Below are positions 1 through 14,819 of a stretch of DNA of 64,000 nucleotides, piece after piece. Position 1 is the stretch's first letter, and each line of letters starts with the position of its first letter. The notes beneath the pieces are model-generated. The model saw nothing but the letters and a program-made list of their open reading frames with translations, did no database searches and had not been told where the DNA came from. The translations under genes and the position numbers were made by a program. This stretch comes from Ascidiella aspersa (taxonomy: Eukaryota): assembly GCA_963924565.1 (NCBI GenBank), contig OZ004608.1, positions 11,098,001-11,162,000 on the forward strand, in the 5' to 3' direction.

Positions 1-676
1 AACAAAATAAATTTAAAAAAAGTCTCAAAACTGACAACTAAACACATAGGACGGGTAAAAGCAAGTTCTTTTGCGGGACACTAACACTCTGAATATGATG
101 GTAAAAAAACTCGTGTTCACACCACAGACCACAAACGAAAAATCGTGTATAAGCAGACCCAATCTTAAATTTTGTAAGTGAAGCACGAAAGGTTACTTCG
201 GGCAACAAAAAAACTAAACTAAAACGTTGAAATTAAAAGTCAGTTTGAAAGTTAACCATTGGTGTAAGATTGACTTTGCCAGCTACTTGGTTCAAAATAT
301 CGCAAGGCGTTACAGAATCAGTAAAAACAGGGCGTAGGACATCCTTGTTCGGGACAAGTCAGTTATAGCACTATTTGTAAACAGAGTCGCCGAGATAAGT
401 GACTTATATGCCGTAATAAAACGTCAGTAAAAGGAGATTATATGCCGACAAAAAAATAATTATTTGATAATAATGAATTGCAAAGCCAAAAAGGCCGAGT
501 AGATCGACATCATCTTAACTAAGACGTTTCGATACGAGCTTGTATCGCCTTCAATTAATGTGACTGAGGAGTAATTCAGGCATCACTTAAAAAAAGTGGG
601 ACGCAATTGTATCAAGCTACAATACAGAAAGCATAGTGAACCCAAATAATTATTTTCCTGTCAGAAAACGCCTCAC

Positions 677-3600
677 CTGTGTCACGACCCAGGAATGCAC
701 GCTATCGTTGGCGGATCCGAAAACGGTGAAGACCAGTTTGGTTTCGCCAGGTTCGGTCATAAGCCCATACACAACCATCGGATCGTCGGCGAACTGGTAC
801 GTATCCCACGCTTCACCTGCAAATGCGTAGTGTTAGAGCTTGTTACAGACGCGCGCCTGGCGCCTGAATGGATTATGAGGGATTTCGGATACTCTGGGTG
901 TTTTCCGATAACAATACGCTATATTTGGGCCAATATCCGAAAATTTTATTTACAATGTTAAATTGTAAATAACAGAAAAAAAAATAAAGACACTTCTCCA
1001 TCAAAATTATTCCATATTTTTCTCTTTTTTTCTGTTTGTTTTATTTTATATTGTTTTTTTTCTGTTTAAAAAGAATTTAGCTAATTTCTGTTCCAAACTT
1101 ACAATTTTACCAAAACCATCACAAGTAAAACCGCTATTTTACGTCTTGGCCGAAGATAAAACGTCAAGAACCTAACATAATATCTGATCTTGGTCCACAA
1201 ACATTCACAAACTATTAGACCATAAATCTACCGATATAGTGCTGGTTTTCAAATGTCCTACTTTAAAACTAGACGTAATATAATTTTTTGGGCATTTTAG
1301 GAACTGGTTTGGAACCAAGTCCTGTTTGTTTTAAATATTTTGTATAGCTTTTTTCTATACGTAGTGACTCTCATAGGGTATAAATTGTCCTTTGAAAAAT
1401 GTGACTCGTGATAAAAAAATGTGACTCATGTGCTTTTGAAAAATGCGACACGTGATATTTGAAAGGCTGACAGGCTCTCTTTGCGAACCGAACAAAGACA
1501 AAAAACAACAAAGAGCAGCCTCATTGTCGAATTTGCAGTTGTGCCTGCAAATCAACACCAAGGCAGCAAAGCGTAACATTTCGCGATTACTCAATATACA
1601 TTTCGATCTGAGTGCGAGACACAACGGCTTTATATTTAACAAAACAACGAGTTTGTGAAAAACGGCCTACGTTTGCAAAAAAACAAGCAAACAGTTGTGT
1701 CGTTCATTGTGTTTGCTTTCGCATTGTTTTTAAATTGGGTTTGTTTTAGCATTAAAATGGTAGAAAAGGCAAGATGCGTCAGCTTCAGAAAGCCGAGCCA
1801 CAATAACAACAAAACGATTTAGCATGGCAAACAAACAACGATGCCTCACGTGTTAACTCTATCAGGTCATTTCGCGCACACTCTGTAACTAATTGGTGAA
1901 TGACCTATATTTCTAAACCTCGTATTAAAGTTGCCGCTGGGCCGGGCACAGCATCATGTACGACTTAAGCTTAAAGGCCTTTAACGCAATAGAAACAAAA
2001 CTAAAGTAGCTACAAGCATGTTTAGAGCGACGTATAGGCTACAGTAAAAACGGGAAGAGTAGAAATTAACACACAATTGTTTTTTATATCAGCGACGCCA
2101 ATGCACACCGCACAGGTTTTCCAGTTTTCCATATTTATTAAAAGGTTATATAAAATTATACGAGCAACAATGCACCTGTCTATTCCTTTAACGATTTCCT
2201 TACTGGCTGGTGCTTATAAACTCAACATGTTGAAAATCTTTCGAAGACAACATTACACAGTTAAGGCCTTTCTGCGCAACTAACTTTTAACCACTGCAAA
2301 AAAAATTGATGACGAACCTTCGTTGGTTGAGTACCAAATGACGTTGGTCTTTTTGAACTTCCTTAAAGTCACCAGAACCCCACCGTGGTCGCCCCAGGTG
2401 TAGTACCACAGGCCAGAAAGCACCTGTAAGTGTATAGAGGCAAACATTTACCGTTTGGTAAGGCGTGCTGTAGCCCAACAGGTAAACAGAGCGTCAGTTA
2501 TTGTATACTGGCGTCTGTTTTACATGTTCACGCCCAGCCATGGCCAGAGTGTTTAAGGGTTTAACTTCCAGATATATTTTCTTAGGCGTGTTGCGTCAAA
2601 AATGGCATAAGTCTACATCTAATTGTATACGAAGAAACATTCATGGCTCGATATCAATAATCTACCAACACACAAACGATCAAAAAGCGAAAATAAACTA
2701 CTCGGAAACGCCATTGAAATTTGACTGTATTAATAGTTTTAAGGGATAACGCGCGCAACATTCACAAACAATGAGGTTTATCGCCCGAAGTTGAAACAGT
2801 ATCATTAAGTTTATTGAAGCAACATTCATTTAGATGTCATATAGACTTACACACGCTCGTCCGCTGTTGTTCCGAAATTTATATGGATAATAACTAGGCT
2901 GTCGTGGGCGGGATGACTGGCCAGCTATAAATAGAGGTGCATAGGGTGCATATAGTAATACTGCACAGTCTACTGCAATCACCAATGCCAAGCGTACGTC
3001 ATTTGCAGCTTGTGTAAAGGTAGACTCTAGAATCCCATTCGAATCACAGAACAAAGCACTAATTCGATTATTCCCTTTTGCGAAATTGTTTTAATTACTT
3101 ACTGTTATAATAAGTAGTATATGTAAATTAAATGAAAGGTAGTAAGGCATTTTCAGATAACCTACAATGTCCAATCATATTGCAGAAGACAAGAGATGAT
3201 TCATAATTAATTTAAACTTTTTCAAATATTATATACCAGTAGAAAATCAGGCTTATAATTATCGGATACCAGTAGAAAACCAGGCTTATAATTCACAATA
3301 CATTTGTTATTCCAAAATCATGAAATATACAACTATACTCAATTCATTTTATAGGGGACATTAAATCAAACCTAAAATCAAAACGAGACTAAGCCTGAGG
3401 ACTGTTTATATAACTGTGTTCTTGATTTTATAAAAATAAAAATAAAATTGACTTACCGACAATAAAAATACAAATATATACACTGTTAATACAATTCACC
3501 TGAACCCAATCCTTTCCAGCTGAAGAGGAGAAAAACAGATCGGGGTTTGACGTGATTGTCTTTCCCGCGTTTCCCTGGGCAAACACGAAACCTGGGGCCG

Positions 3601-6600
3601 AGGGTTGCGAGAACATGGGGCTAGTGCGGGTGGCTGGGTGAAGGCTGTGAAACTGCTGAGTCAGCTGCAGCGAGCATCCAGCCCTGCGAACAATGACACA
3701 GCAGAGTTTAGTTGCAATTGTTGCTTTAAAAGGTCAGGTTTTTTTGGGGGGGGGCACAGGAGTTTTGAGTAAAAAGTAATTTGCGATGCCTGACTGAAAC
3801 TTGTGCGATTTTAGTAGAATCAGGCCTAGGGGTTAGTTCTACTTAATAATATAACTTTAAAGAAGTATTCGTGTTTAGGGCTCAAAAACAAACAAACATG
3901 CAAAAGCTAAACGTTTTATGATAAAAATCAAGAACTGATCAAAGTTTGTAAAATAAAATACTTTAAAACAAGCAAATCCGGATTACCCTACCTTATTTTT
4001 TGTTTGAACCAACTAGCCATACAATTTTGATACAGAACAACATAAAATGCAAGTAAAAAAAATGCTATGCGAAAATAAAAAACATTATACAAGAAAGTGA
4101 CGAAATATAAGACCTTATAGAGCAGTTGATCTTGTTACCACTGTCGTCTTCTCCCGGCATGGGAATATTTTGCCACATGCCTCCTTTGTCAAAGGTGATC
4201 ACCGAATGCATTGTACTGCTGTCCAGATGGTTGGTTTGTTTATCCACCATAATGTTGGCAACATAGATCGATCGCATGCCATGAATCTTGTAGATGTCGG
4301 CAAATGCCTCTTCGGCATACAAACTGCAAACAAGTGACATTTTGAAGCAAAAGTTCAAAAACAATTTGCTCACCAGAAATTGAATCAGACTATGCATTGT
4401 TGAAATATTTCTAAAAGTCAGTCTGTAACAATAAACGACAAAATTGCTGAAGCACACAGCACAACAATATTCCACTGAAAATGAAGAAATAGTAAAATGA
4501 TATACAGCAACACAAAAACAACTATTTGGTCAATGTTAGAGCATAAACTAACTTAGATTCAATAAACAATTAAGGTTGAGAGTAATAAAACATAAAAGCA
4601 TTTAAAAAAATTATTTCACTTGTATGCAATGCGTGGAAATGCTGATCGAAAATACAGTCAAGATAGAATCCTTACCAGGCCCCTGGTAGCGAATGATTGG
4701 ATGACATACAAACCAATCCAAATATGTATTTTTTGTGTTTAAAAAAAAAGAAGTTTTTATAAATCACTAAAAAACATATTGCACTTTTATTGTTTACTAT
4801 CAATTTTTTCACAAAAATTAGGCTTTTTAAAAATGAGATTAACTAGTACAAACCTGAGGGAAGAGTAGGAGGCATGTTCTGGATTGAAGTAGGTAACATA
4901 TTGCAACGACAAGGTGAAGTCAACCCTGTTTTTCTCAGAGATGTACAGATTTGTGTGGCCTTCCCCATGGTTTACACACACCATTATCTGAAAAGAATGG
5001 CAACCATTATTAAGCAGATAGTGAACTTTTTTCATGTTTTAATGAATGAAAATGTTCATAATGACAATGTTAAGGTGTAAAACTGCTGTGAATTTTATCA
5101 ACACTTCATCTTTTAATTTTATCAACACTTCTCTTTGACAGCTATTGGAATAATGGGATACAAATAAAAATAAGTAAAACTACAGATATTTCTAAAGAAT
5201 ATGAACAGCACATGTTTAAAATAAACCATAACCTTTCCAAACAAAAATGTTAAAAAAAGCATTACCTGAGAGTCTGCAGCATCAACTACATAAAACTCCT
5301 TGGTTGGAAGGTTCGTGGGAATTACTGCCTTCATAAAGGTTGAGTGTCGGTCAGGTGCTAACCACAGTTCATTGTTGCCACCTGAACCATGGAAAAGTAA
5401 TTGCTTACAAATCAATCTAACAAGGAACATAATTGCTGTTCTTAGGTACTAATTATACACCACAATGGTTCGCAGATGTCGGGACAATTTTTTTCATACA
5501 TAACAATTTTTGCAAATTCATTAAATTATTACAAAAATGATAAAATTTACAGCTAAACTGATATTTTATATCACCTTTTAAAAAAATTACATGTAGACTG
5601 GTCAAAATAAAAACAAAAATTACTGTTGACTAGAGCTACAAATTTCCTTCTCAACAACTGGAACTTAATCTTGGATTTCTCACACACTGTCTTACCTGAA
5701 GAGGTTGATCTCGTTGCAAACATGGAAGTGTTCATGACCTTAAAGTCGTTCACGTTAGAGATAAGGACATGCTCAACGACATCATACTGGAAATAAGTTT
5801 CGGTACGAAGAACGGTGATTTTGCCATTCGGTTCCCTCCGCTGTACGTACAATGAATCCTCCTTGTCATAACCCTGGTTGCCTGTAGGTAAAAAAATTAT
5901 CAAAAATAAAAAACCTTGTATCCAAATTCTAACAACTTAAAGCGTGTAAAACTATCTTCAGAATACGGTACTTTAAACAAGATGTTAATTTTACAGCAAA
6001 GTAAACATATGGAGTGTTGTAAAAGTTAGGTAATTTTAATATAAGCCCAGAACAGGCAAAAACAAGGTGTCATAAAATTTATGGTTTATTCGTTTTAATG
6101 GGTTTAGGCAAAAGCAACCCGTCTTTGTGTGTCAATAGGTCATGTGCTATTATTGCTTAACTTTAGTTGTATGGTTTACACAAAAGAAAAGACTTGGTAA
6201 CACTATGCATCAATCAACAAACTACTTTGCGAAGCAAAGAACTGGTATATGTATTCTAATACGGAAAACAGTTGTTAACCATGATTGGCTTTTTTAAAAA
6301 AACGTATAACAAGTTGAACTGATTCCCTTGCACCACAATATTTTTTGAACAAAGATGGAAAACATTTAGTCGAAGTTAACAATGTACATGCATAGGCCGG
6401 GATTCCTTTACTAAACAAATATGTAAAATCAAGAAGACGTCCTTTAAAAATGAAGCCATACAATTAAAAAAATAAAATATATGCATAAAGCAAAAATTTT
6501 AACTAGCAAGTGCACACCATCAAAAAAAAAATAACCTTCTGCTAAACCTCAGAAAATTATGCAATCGTACATCCCTATTTGATCATGATCAAAATGTATA

Positions 6601-9600
6601 TAGTAATTAGCCAGCCTTCTTGGATAACTCAATTTATTTTATGTCTAAGAAATGTGAATTGTATTCAATTTTTATTCTCATTAAAAGTAATAAAATAAAA
6701 ACATGACTTGTTTCATATTATGTTTTTGTACAGTAGGCTGTGTATATTTATATATATATATCAGTATCAGTGAAGCTTATTATCACAGCAATCTTCAACA
6801 AGAAAATAAAGAGCAGCTACTATATAGTTAGTGGTATCAATAGAATACCCCGAAACACAGGAAGTTCTTATACAGAGTTCCTGGTCTAAGATTTATCGGC
6901 AGTAGTTTCTATGGTATAACCGATAAACGTTTTTTAATTCTCCAAGTTGTCTTTAAACTGTTACAGATAGTTGTTGTTTTGTAAAAAAAACAGAACTTGA
7001 AAAGTAATGCTTAACGCTAATGATCCAAAAGTTGGCACAGCCTCAGACAAAATCAAATGTCATTTAACACTTCCGAATATTACCATGCCAAAACTATCTC
7101 CCTGAACTGACCCTGTGCCAACAAACCAGTATCACGTTTCCACACAATAAGGCACTTATTTTTAGCAGAATCATTCATACTACAATGCTCAAATATTTAG
7201 CAAGATGGGTAATACATGCAAGTGTAGATTTTATTATAACTAATAAAAGATTGACACTTACTAACACTTGTTTTGGTAGTAATGATTTCACTAAAATAGG
7301 TGTGTTTTTTTTGACATTCCTGGTTAACTACTGTTGTGTCACATACTTGTAGGGACTAATTGCGTAAAACCTGAAACTACATCACAACCAGTTCTACTAT
7401 CTAAAACCACAGAGTACGACTGTAGTACCACTATCCTACAATTATGGTCAAAATTTTGTGTTTCCATAAACAGCTCATGAGGTAAAACAATATGCTAACG
7501 ATTGAAACAATGCAGGAAAAACGCCAGTAGCAGTTATTTTCTACAAGACTAACATTATTTGGAGTTGGTCAAAACATTCAATAATTTAACACTACTTCTA
7601 CGATAATATGTAAAGGGTATTGAAACCTTAAATGATTTACACCTTATTTAAAAACAGTTTTTGACATCTTACTTCACAGTTTTTTTACAACCCAGCTACA
7701 TAGGAATATTGGTTTGATAACATATGGATGAAAGAGTTTCACAGTTTTATGAAACACTAAGGTCTAGATTTAATCCAATAACAAGTATCAAAATTTGTAT
7801 TGTTTTCAGGTATATATGTGTGGTACTTCAGATACATAAAAGCTCACAAACAAAGTAAGAGAAAATATTGATAATTAAGAGTTTATGTTTTTATTTACTT
7901 TAAAGTTCCTGAGGATAATATTTTTTCCTTATAGAAGTCAAAAAATCTAGTTTGAAACAAAGTGAACAGAAATCCTGGTAATTTTGGAATATAAGAATGT
8001 ACTTTTTTTTCTTTTTCTTTTTCTTTTAAACATATAGTTAAAAACTAACCAGTAGCTAGGAATCCCCATTCCACTTCCACCACATTCTGTTGAATTCTTA
8101 TCCATGTGCTGCCAAAGTCATCAGACTTGTATAATCCACGCCCAGCTGATGTTTTGTCTTGGGCAAGTACGATTGAGGGTTTTGAAGGGTGCATCGACAT
8201 TTCATCCGGGTAAAACTGAAGGTTGTTTACGAACTTGATTGTCTTTCCTGAATCCGTTGTTGTGTAGATTGCCTTGTTCTTGGTGTCGGCAAATATGTAC
8301 CGGTTGATGTCGTCAGGCGCATGATAGTACATGTTGATGTGACCATGCGGCAATGTTGTGTTACTGTCTGATGATATTACTTTCTGCATGGCAAAAAGCA
8401 TTAGTGTTACAGTGTTCCTGCTAAGCTTATTTTTCGCAAATGTGCAAATTTTTGGGCACAAATAAAATGTTATTCTTTTACAAGTGTTAACATTAAAGGT
8501 CTCCTGGAACCCCAACATACACCTAGTTTCCAACATTTTTATTTATCAAAGTATAAACATGTGTCCAAGTCACTTTTACAGTTGTATTTTAGGCATATCA
8601 ATTGTGCACAGTGTTTTGGCTGAAATACAACATTTTAAACATCTGCGCCTGTCATAAAAATTTGCTTTCTTGTCAATTTTACATACTTCTAAACAGGTTG
8701 AATAACGATCTTTTTAAACAAACAAAAATATTATTCAATTATACAAACCTAATTTGCTGATTTAACTTTTGATAAACGCATTATTAAAGTATAAATTTAC
8801 ATTAAACAACCTTCACAATGTGTGTAAAAATAACAAAAGGAAATCTAGCAACATGTGGACTACACACGCAACAACAAAAATACATATAGATTCCTTACTT
8901 TGTATGTTTTGCCATAGTCATAGGAAAAGTAGCAGTAGGATTTGGTGACTTGGCCGTTATGCATGTTCTTTGTGAGAACAACAATAACACTGCTGTTCTT
9001 CCCAGCCCAGTGAATAATGAGATGCCTGAAATGACACAAAAACATCATCTGCAATGCATTGCTAGAGATAAAGAAAATCGCTAAATCGTCTGGCACCCTG
9101 TTTGCTCATTAAAGTTTAATGAAACTTGGGTCATTGATGACAGACACTAAGTGAAAATTAAGATAATGTATTTCCCAAGTGCAAAAGGAAGCTTTGCCAT
9201 AAATATGTCACAAACAACTTGTTTTCTAGGTGGGAGACTTAGTTTCATATAAGAATTCGTCCTAAAGTTAAGGTAGCATTAGAAAATTTACTATTAACAA
9301 TTAATGTACACATGTAATTCATTTTAACTACAAACAAATTGGCATGGTTATTAAATTGCATACATTCATGTCATATTTGCCTTAACAAATTCATTGGACA
9401 ATAAGTTTATACAAAAATATGCTGGTGCTTACTGATTGCCATCATGCAGTGGTGCAGTGTTAACAGTGATGGTTTTCTTCTTGTTTTTTGTGCTCCGCTT
9501 GTGCAACCTGTGTTGCATATTAACAAGATCTGGCCTCATATCTTCTGTCACCCTTTCTTCTACCTTTATAGGCATGTCATGGTTGTCACTGGAACAAATA

Positions 9601-10296
9601 TAAAATTGAATCATTGATTGGCAAAAAAATTGTTAAAATATGCTATTATGATATTAAGGCTCTAAAAAAGTGATTCTCAACCTTTTATGGCTTACAGCAA
9701 CCCTCAAAATAATAAATCGATTTTCAGCACCCGAGTGGATTTTTCATTGAGTATTTAACTGAAATATTACTATAAATGGTACTGGAATCAACTTAAAACA
9801 TGTAGGAAAGTGTCATCTGATATAATGTTCTCTAAACATACACAAATAGTTGTATCAAGAAATTTGTCAATTGAGCAAAAATCAGATTCTTAAAATAACC
9901 AAACTACTGTTGGCACCCTTGAGCATTAGAAATGGCACACCAGGGTGCCGCAACATCCCGGTTGGGAACCACTGCTCTAATATCAAAGTTTAAAATTTAA
10001 TGTAAGTCACATACACTGATATAAATGTGTTAATAAACTTTCTGTTCACTGAATACAAAACTCCAAGTTTGTTTTTAAAAGAAAAGCAGTACAATATTAT
10101 TTTTCAAGTCTTGTTTCACACACCTTTTTTCATCATCTAAAGCTTCCAGATTTTGAATCTCTGATCGAGTAATTGTGTATGTTGAACTTGCTTGCTGTTT
10201 CAAGTGTGGATGAAAAAAGAGACTTCTGGAGCCAAGCGCAAGACAGAAATTTGTGACAGACAAAAACACCCAAACAATGTGTATCCCTATTTGCAT
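677..10296 (-). CDS. SORL1: Sortilin-related receptor (SorLA), N-terminal part: signal peptide, propeptide and VPS10P beta-propeller; gene continues past the left edge
   Basis: 11 phase-compatible GT-AG exons: 10296-10124, 9588-9433, 9025-8899, 8383-8050, 5881-5696, 5381-5266, 4987-4854, 4323-4114, 3683-3500, 2423-2318, 816-677. Signal peptide MQIGIHIVWVFLSVTNFCLALG, furin-like RLHKR, Asp-box repeats (SYDYGKTY, TTDSGKT, SDDFGSTW, TFDKGGMW, SSSAGKDW), and SORL1-like YYTWGDHGG, YSTNEGEAW, VYGLMTEPGE and FTVFGS..HSW. Confidence 0.93.
3233..3293 (+). repeat. Tandem duplication, 28-bp unit x2 with 5-bp spacer
   Basis: ATACCAGTAGAAAA(T/C)CAGGCTTATAATT at 3233-3260 and 3266-3293. Confidence 0.85.
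9668..9974. mobile_element. hAT/Charlie-type MITE in SORL1 coding intron 1
   Basis: TIRs AAGTGATTCTCAACC and GGTTGGGAACCACTG; near-perfect 8-bp TSD CTCTAAAA/CTCTAATA of the Charlie NTCTARAN type. Confidence 0.75.
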
Positions 10297-10679
10297 TGTG
10301 CCTAAAGTCTTGTAATATAAAATTAAGTTTATTTATAAATTTTCGGTAGGTCCAAGAAAACATGTCATATTTTATTTAAATCAAGTGGTTAGTTGGATAA
10401 AATGGTAGGAGTTGCAATAAACAAAAAAAAATATATTTGTATTATAACAGTGGTTCGAAACTAATTTGATGAATGCGCTTAACTATCAAATTAACCAACT
10501 TACGCTTCATAGAAAATCTTAAACGGGCTAGCGCTTGCAAACCAGGCCAATGTTTCAATTTTACAACAATTAATTTTACGTTCTTGTTCAACGGCAAAAA
10601 AAATTACACTGCACGAAATCTTGTACTTTGTCTTTTTTAGGTTCAGTGACAACGCTTGAAAGGAACCGAAAACCGTTGT

Positions 10680-11620
10680 CTACCTTCTAACCTCTTGTTT
10701 AGTCTCCTGCTTTCTGTGAACGTCTGTGGTGTGGTTTACAAAACGAGTCAAGGCTCTCATTGTTGTTGAAATCTATGCATGAATAGTTTTGGCACGTGAC
10801 ACGTCTAGTGTGGAGACCAAAGAGATTATAATCTCTGGAGACAGGCTTTTCGAGTTTTCGGCTAAAAAGCGCGTTTTCTCTGTTTCGCTCGTTTGTAAAA
10901 ACGTTTGCGCAGTTTCTATACATTTTCAGACTTAAATCACACCATAGCATTTTAAAATGAACTATAAAACCACTGATTTAAAAACTCCGATTTTGTTTAC
11001 AGCAGGTGGTTTTTAACTTAACGAAGGACGGATGTTATTGTTGTGCAAATAACTATATACTAGACGTTATTGTAATTTTAAAATATATTAAACTTATTTG
11101 ATACCATTTTTTAAACCTAAAAAGCCATTTTATAGGAACTATGTTAAATTTGCGTAATCCCCAGTTGAAAAAAATTGACCGTGATCGTTACATTCTAACA
11201 CAAGGGCTTACGATGGTGTACGTTTCTAAGGACAACCACAAAACTAGAATCCAGCACAATCACGATATGCTTCGATTTCATTTTTCTCCTGGCATATAAT
11301 ATATAATTGTTATTCCCTTTAGATTTATATTAAACAACAAGGCTTTGTTTTTTATATTTACATTTAAATATATATGGTGCTTCATTCTTACCCGATTTCT
11401 TTTATTTTTTTAACAGAATCTACACAGTATCGGAAATAATAAAAAAAAATCCTTAATTTATGGAGGAATGTGATTGTTATCTGAAGGAAATCGGTTGTTA
11501 AATTTGTATTTTACATTTAGGAAAATCTAGCAGGGCTCAAGACTGATCTTCACATTTTAATTTTTTTTATGCAAACATATTAAGGCTGTTTTTCTATATC
11601 GCGGTCTGAAACGCACTATA
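10680..11620. promoter_or_regulatory. Divergent promoter region between SORL1 and DYNLT5
   Basis: Head-to-head genes with ATGs 1.3 kb apart. CpG is locally restored, with E-box GGCACGTGAC at 10791-10800 and an X-box at 11222-11236. Confidence 0.6.
11222..11236 (+). promoter_or_regulatory. RFX X-box upstream of DYNLT5
   Basis: GTTTCTAAGGACAAC resembles the GTNRCC-N0-3-RGYAAC X-box and lies 400 bp upstream of a ciliary dynein light chain ATG. Confidence 0.6.
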
Positions 11621-11622
11621 TA

Positions 11623-12723
11623 ATGGCGGAAACTAAAGCACACAATCTGGCTCAAGTTAAAGCTGCAAAGTTGCTTAAGAAGAGAACCGGAAGCGTTTCG
11701 TCGGGTTTAAGTGCAGGAACGGAACATCAACAAAGAAAGCACAGAGGCTATGCTCCGTAGGTTTAGTATTTTTACAAAACCATATGAGTATTTAAGTTCC
11801 TCTTTTTTGTTTTGCCTTGACCAGGGTTTTTTAATGTTGAACTTGTTTTAAAAATATGTGGGTGTATGTTAAATTTCAAGGGGTAATATTATAGATAATA
11901 TATATAATTAGCATAACGCAATCTGCCATTATGACTGTTGTCGCTGGTTTTCAATTTTTGTCTATTCTAAAAAAATAACCTTAAATTATTTTGAAAAAGT
12001 CTGATGTCATCATTATTGTTTTCCGTATTAATTTTTTAGGTCTGTAAGCACTGTGTCATATATGGACCATCCCCACGATGATGATTTTTTTATGAGACCT
12101 GCCACACAATATGAAAACACATATCAGATGGAGCCTAAAGTTAGGTTTCCAGTAGGAGCGATTAAGAAAATGATGTATGATGTTCTGGCTGGGTATCTGT
12201 GTGATGAAACTTATGATCCAGATTTTTGTCGAAAGATGACAAAGACTATTTCAGATGTAAAAATGTCTACTAAATATATATAGTTGAAGTTGTATTAATA
12301 CATTATCTTCATGCCCAATAATACTTTTTTTTGTTTTAAAGCCAATATCATCACAAATCAGCTGATTTTTTAGATAATTTAAATTGAATATAAAGAAAAC
12401 TCTTAATGTTAAGACAATGTACTTCCCTAGGCTGCTTAAATTTTTTTTAAAAAACAATAAAAATTACACTTGGTTTATAGGATGTAAAGGTTAAATAAAA
12501 ATTACCTTTTTCTTTATAGGATGTTAAGGGCAGAGTGAAAGAGATGAGCATCCCCCGCTACAAGATAATTTGCCTGATCCATATTGGTGAGGCAAGTGGG
12601 CAAGGTTTGAGAATAGGGAGTCGGTGTTTGTGGAATGCAAAGTTTGATACGTTTTCGTCTTGTGAATACAAAAACAACTCACTGTTTGCTGTGGCCTCTG
12701 TATATGGTGTGTATTTTGAGTAG
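11623..12723 (+). CDS. DYNLT5: Dynein light chain Tctex-type 5 (TCTEX1D1), 184 aa, 3 exons
   Basis: Exons 11623-11756, 12040-12256, 12520-12723 are in frame (555 nt). Motifs [62 protein letters not shown] and [16 protein letters not shown] match TCTEX1D1. Confidence 0.92.
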
Positions 12724-14819
12724 GCTTTTTAAGTTTACATTAACGTAACGTTTGTTAATTTGCACTAACTTTTGATTGATAATAATCATAGAATAAGGGT
12801 TAGTGCAACAAGTATTTGCTTACCGTTTTGTTTTGTCATTTCGATGTTGATGAAAAATGCATACCAATAACTGTATCCAAACGAGTATTTAATTTTAGCT
12901 TATAAAGGTGAACTAAAATAGGGTACATCATTTTTTGTTATGGCTTGATTTGTATAAATTGAAACAATAGTCCAGCAGTAGTAAAACATCCCCTCATTTT
13001 TCATATCATATTTCAAATTACTTGTTTAAATAATGGTATTTAGTAACTGTTGTGTAGTTAAAAGGGTCTTTGAAAAGTATTTTTTGTTGCTTGTGTTTTA
13101 TTGATCTACCTAAATGCATTTTGAGTATTAACATACCTTTTTACTGTTGAATAACATGTGTTGCACATTTTTTGTTGTAACTTATCAACAAACCTACCAA
13201 AGATTGTTATTTTTTAGTATAACATTTCTTGAGATGATGTTTATGTAATTCTCTATTAAACAAATTTTCAGGGTTGCTAATTGTGTTAGAAAACTAAATT
13301 GGTTATACTTTTTTACTTTTTCATTCAAGTTTTTAATTTGTTATTTTATGTTTTGTGTCCACTATTGTCTTTCAAATGAAATTAATCATGGTCTTTTGGT
13401 ACCCACTGTAGTAATTAATGCCAAATAATTGTATTTCCTCTTTCTTTTTGTTTGAATGTTAAAAATTGTGATTTACCTTCATTAACTCACTAACAATCTT
13501 TAATACCTAGTAGGAAGCTATTATCATTGCATAATCCCTTTTAAGTATTGCTTTAAATATTCACCTTGTTTTTGTTTTCCTTTCATAGTACTAAAAGTTC
13601 ATTATAAATGCCCACATTTTGTTTTATAAAATGTGTTGTTAGACATTTTAAAATGCTTTGTATTGAAATAATTTAGAACAACAAGTAGTAATTTTAGCTG
13701 TGTTTTTTTTCAATTTAACCGTTATTATGGGTTTTTTCTTAGTTTTTTTTTATTCCTTTTTTGTTATATTTTTTATTATGTAGGCACTGTTTAAACCTAA
13801 TTAATGCCATCTACCTTTTCTCAATCCCACCCTTTAAAATTTAATTAGAAGTTAATTTGTTTATTGTGTAAATGTTTATAAGTATGTTTCAAATCATTTT
13901 TTTCATGAATTCGAACAAAATTCGAAATAAATCAGATAAACTATTTTTGTTAAAAGCTTAATATCTATTCTGCCCTTTACTAATTTTATTTAATAAAGCC
14001 TAAATATTTGCTGTAAGTTCTAAACTTGTCAAAATGTTTGTTAGGATACCATAATATTTTTGCATAGAATTAAAAAAAGTATTTTTATTACCTGTGAAGT
14101 AAAAGATGCTTTTTTCTGTATCTCAAATGGGTCAATACTTTTTGTCTATTGGTACAATAAAAGCTGTATTATTTGCCTAGTGTGTGTTTCCCCAATACAA
14201 TTAAAAACATCTTGTTTATACATTTTTAACTGACTACTACAAACGTTGTATCAAACAACAAGGAATTAAATTGGGCAGAAAGGATTCCAAACTGCTGCCA
14301 GACTACGTAAGAGTTACATAGACGTTTATTAAAAGGTAGGTATAGGCATTCACAGAAAATTAAAATAGTGATAGAACATAAATTAAGACAAATACTGCAT
14401 ACCGGAAGTTCACAAGTTTACTGGTGTTAAACCATATGCCACGTAAATGAGTGTCTGAGTGGTACCCCAAGTGTTATGTGTAAATGTTAGACATTATTTA
14501 AAAACTTTTTATTTGTGACAGAAGTGGTTGTTTTCGTATGCTAATCGTAGTAATTTTCTCCAACGTCTTGCGGTAAGCTATACACAGCTCAATAGACACG
14601 TCGACACTATTGCAAAGTCTGAACGAAGTTTACGTTATAGGGTATGCAGAAGTAAAAAAAATTGCTTGCATGTATGCATACGGCATCATTAAAGCAGGTA
14701 CACTGTCTGTCACGCTGGCAAGCTTTACTGCACAAATAACTTTTTACATTTCCTTGGCATTAGTTGAGATTAAAAACTGCCAGCCAAAAAAACACACTCA
14801 TATTCTTCGGTGAAGTCAG

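Noticed and set aside
505-560. Hammerhead-ribozyme-like motif on the minus strand (TTGAAGG-CGATAC-loop-GTATCGAAACGTC), as found in Penelope-like elements
   Set aside because: The CUGANGA core is mutated and mis-spaced and stem I is poor; at most an inactive relic.
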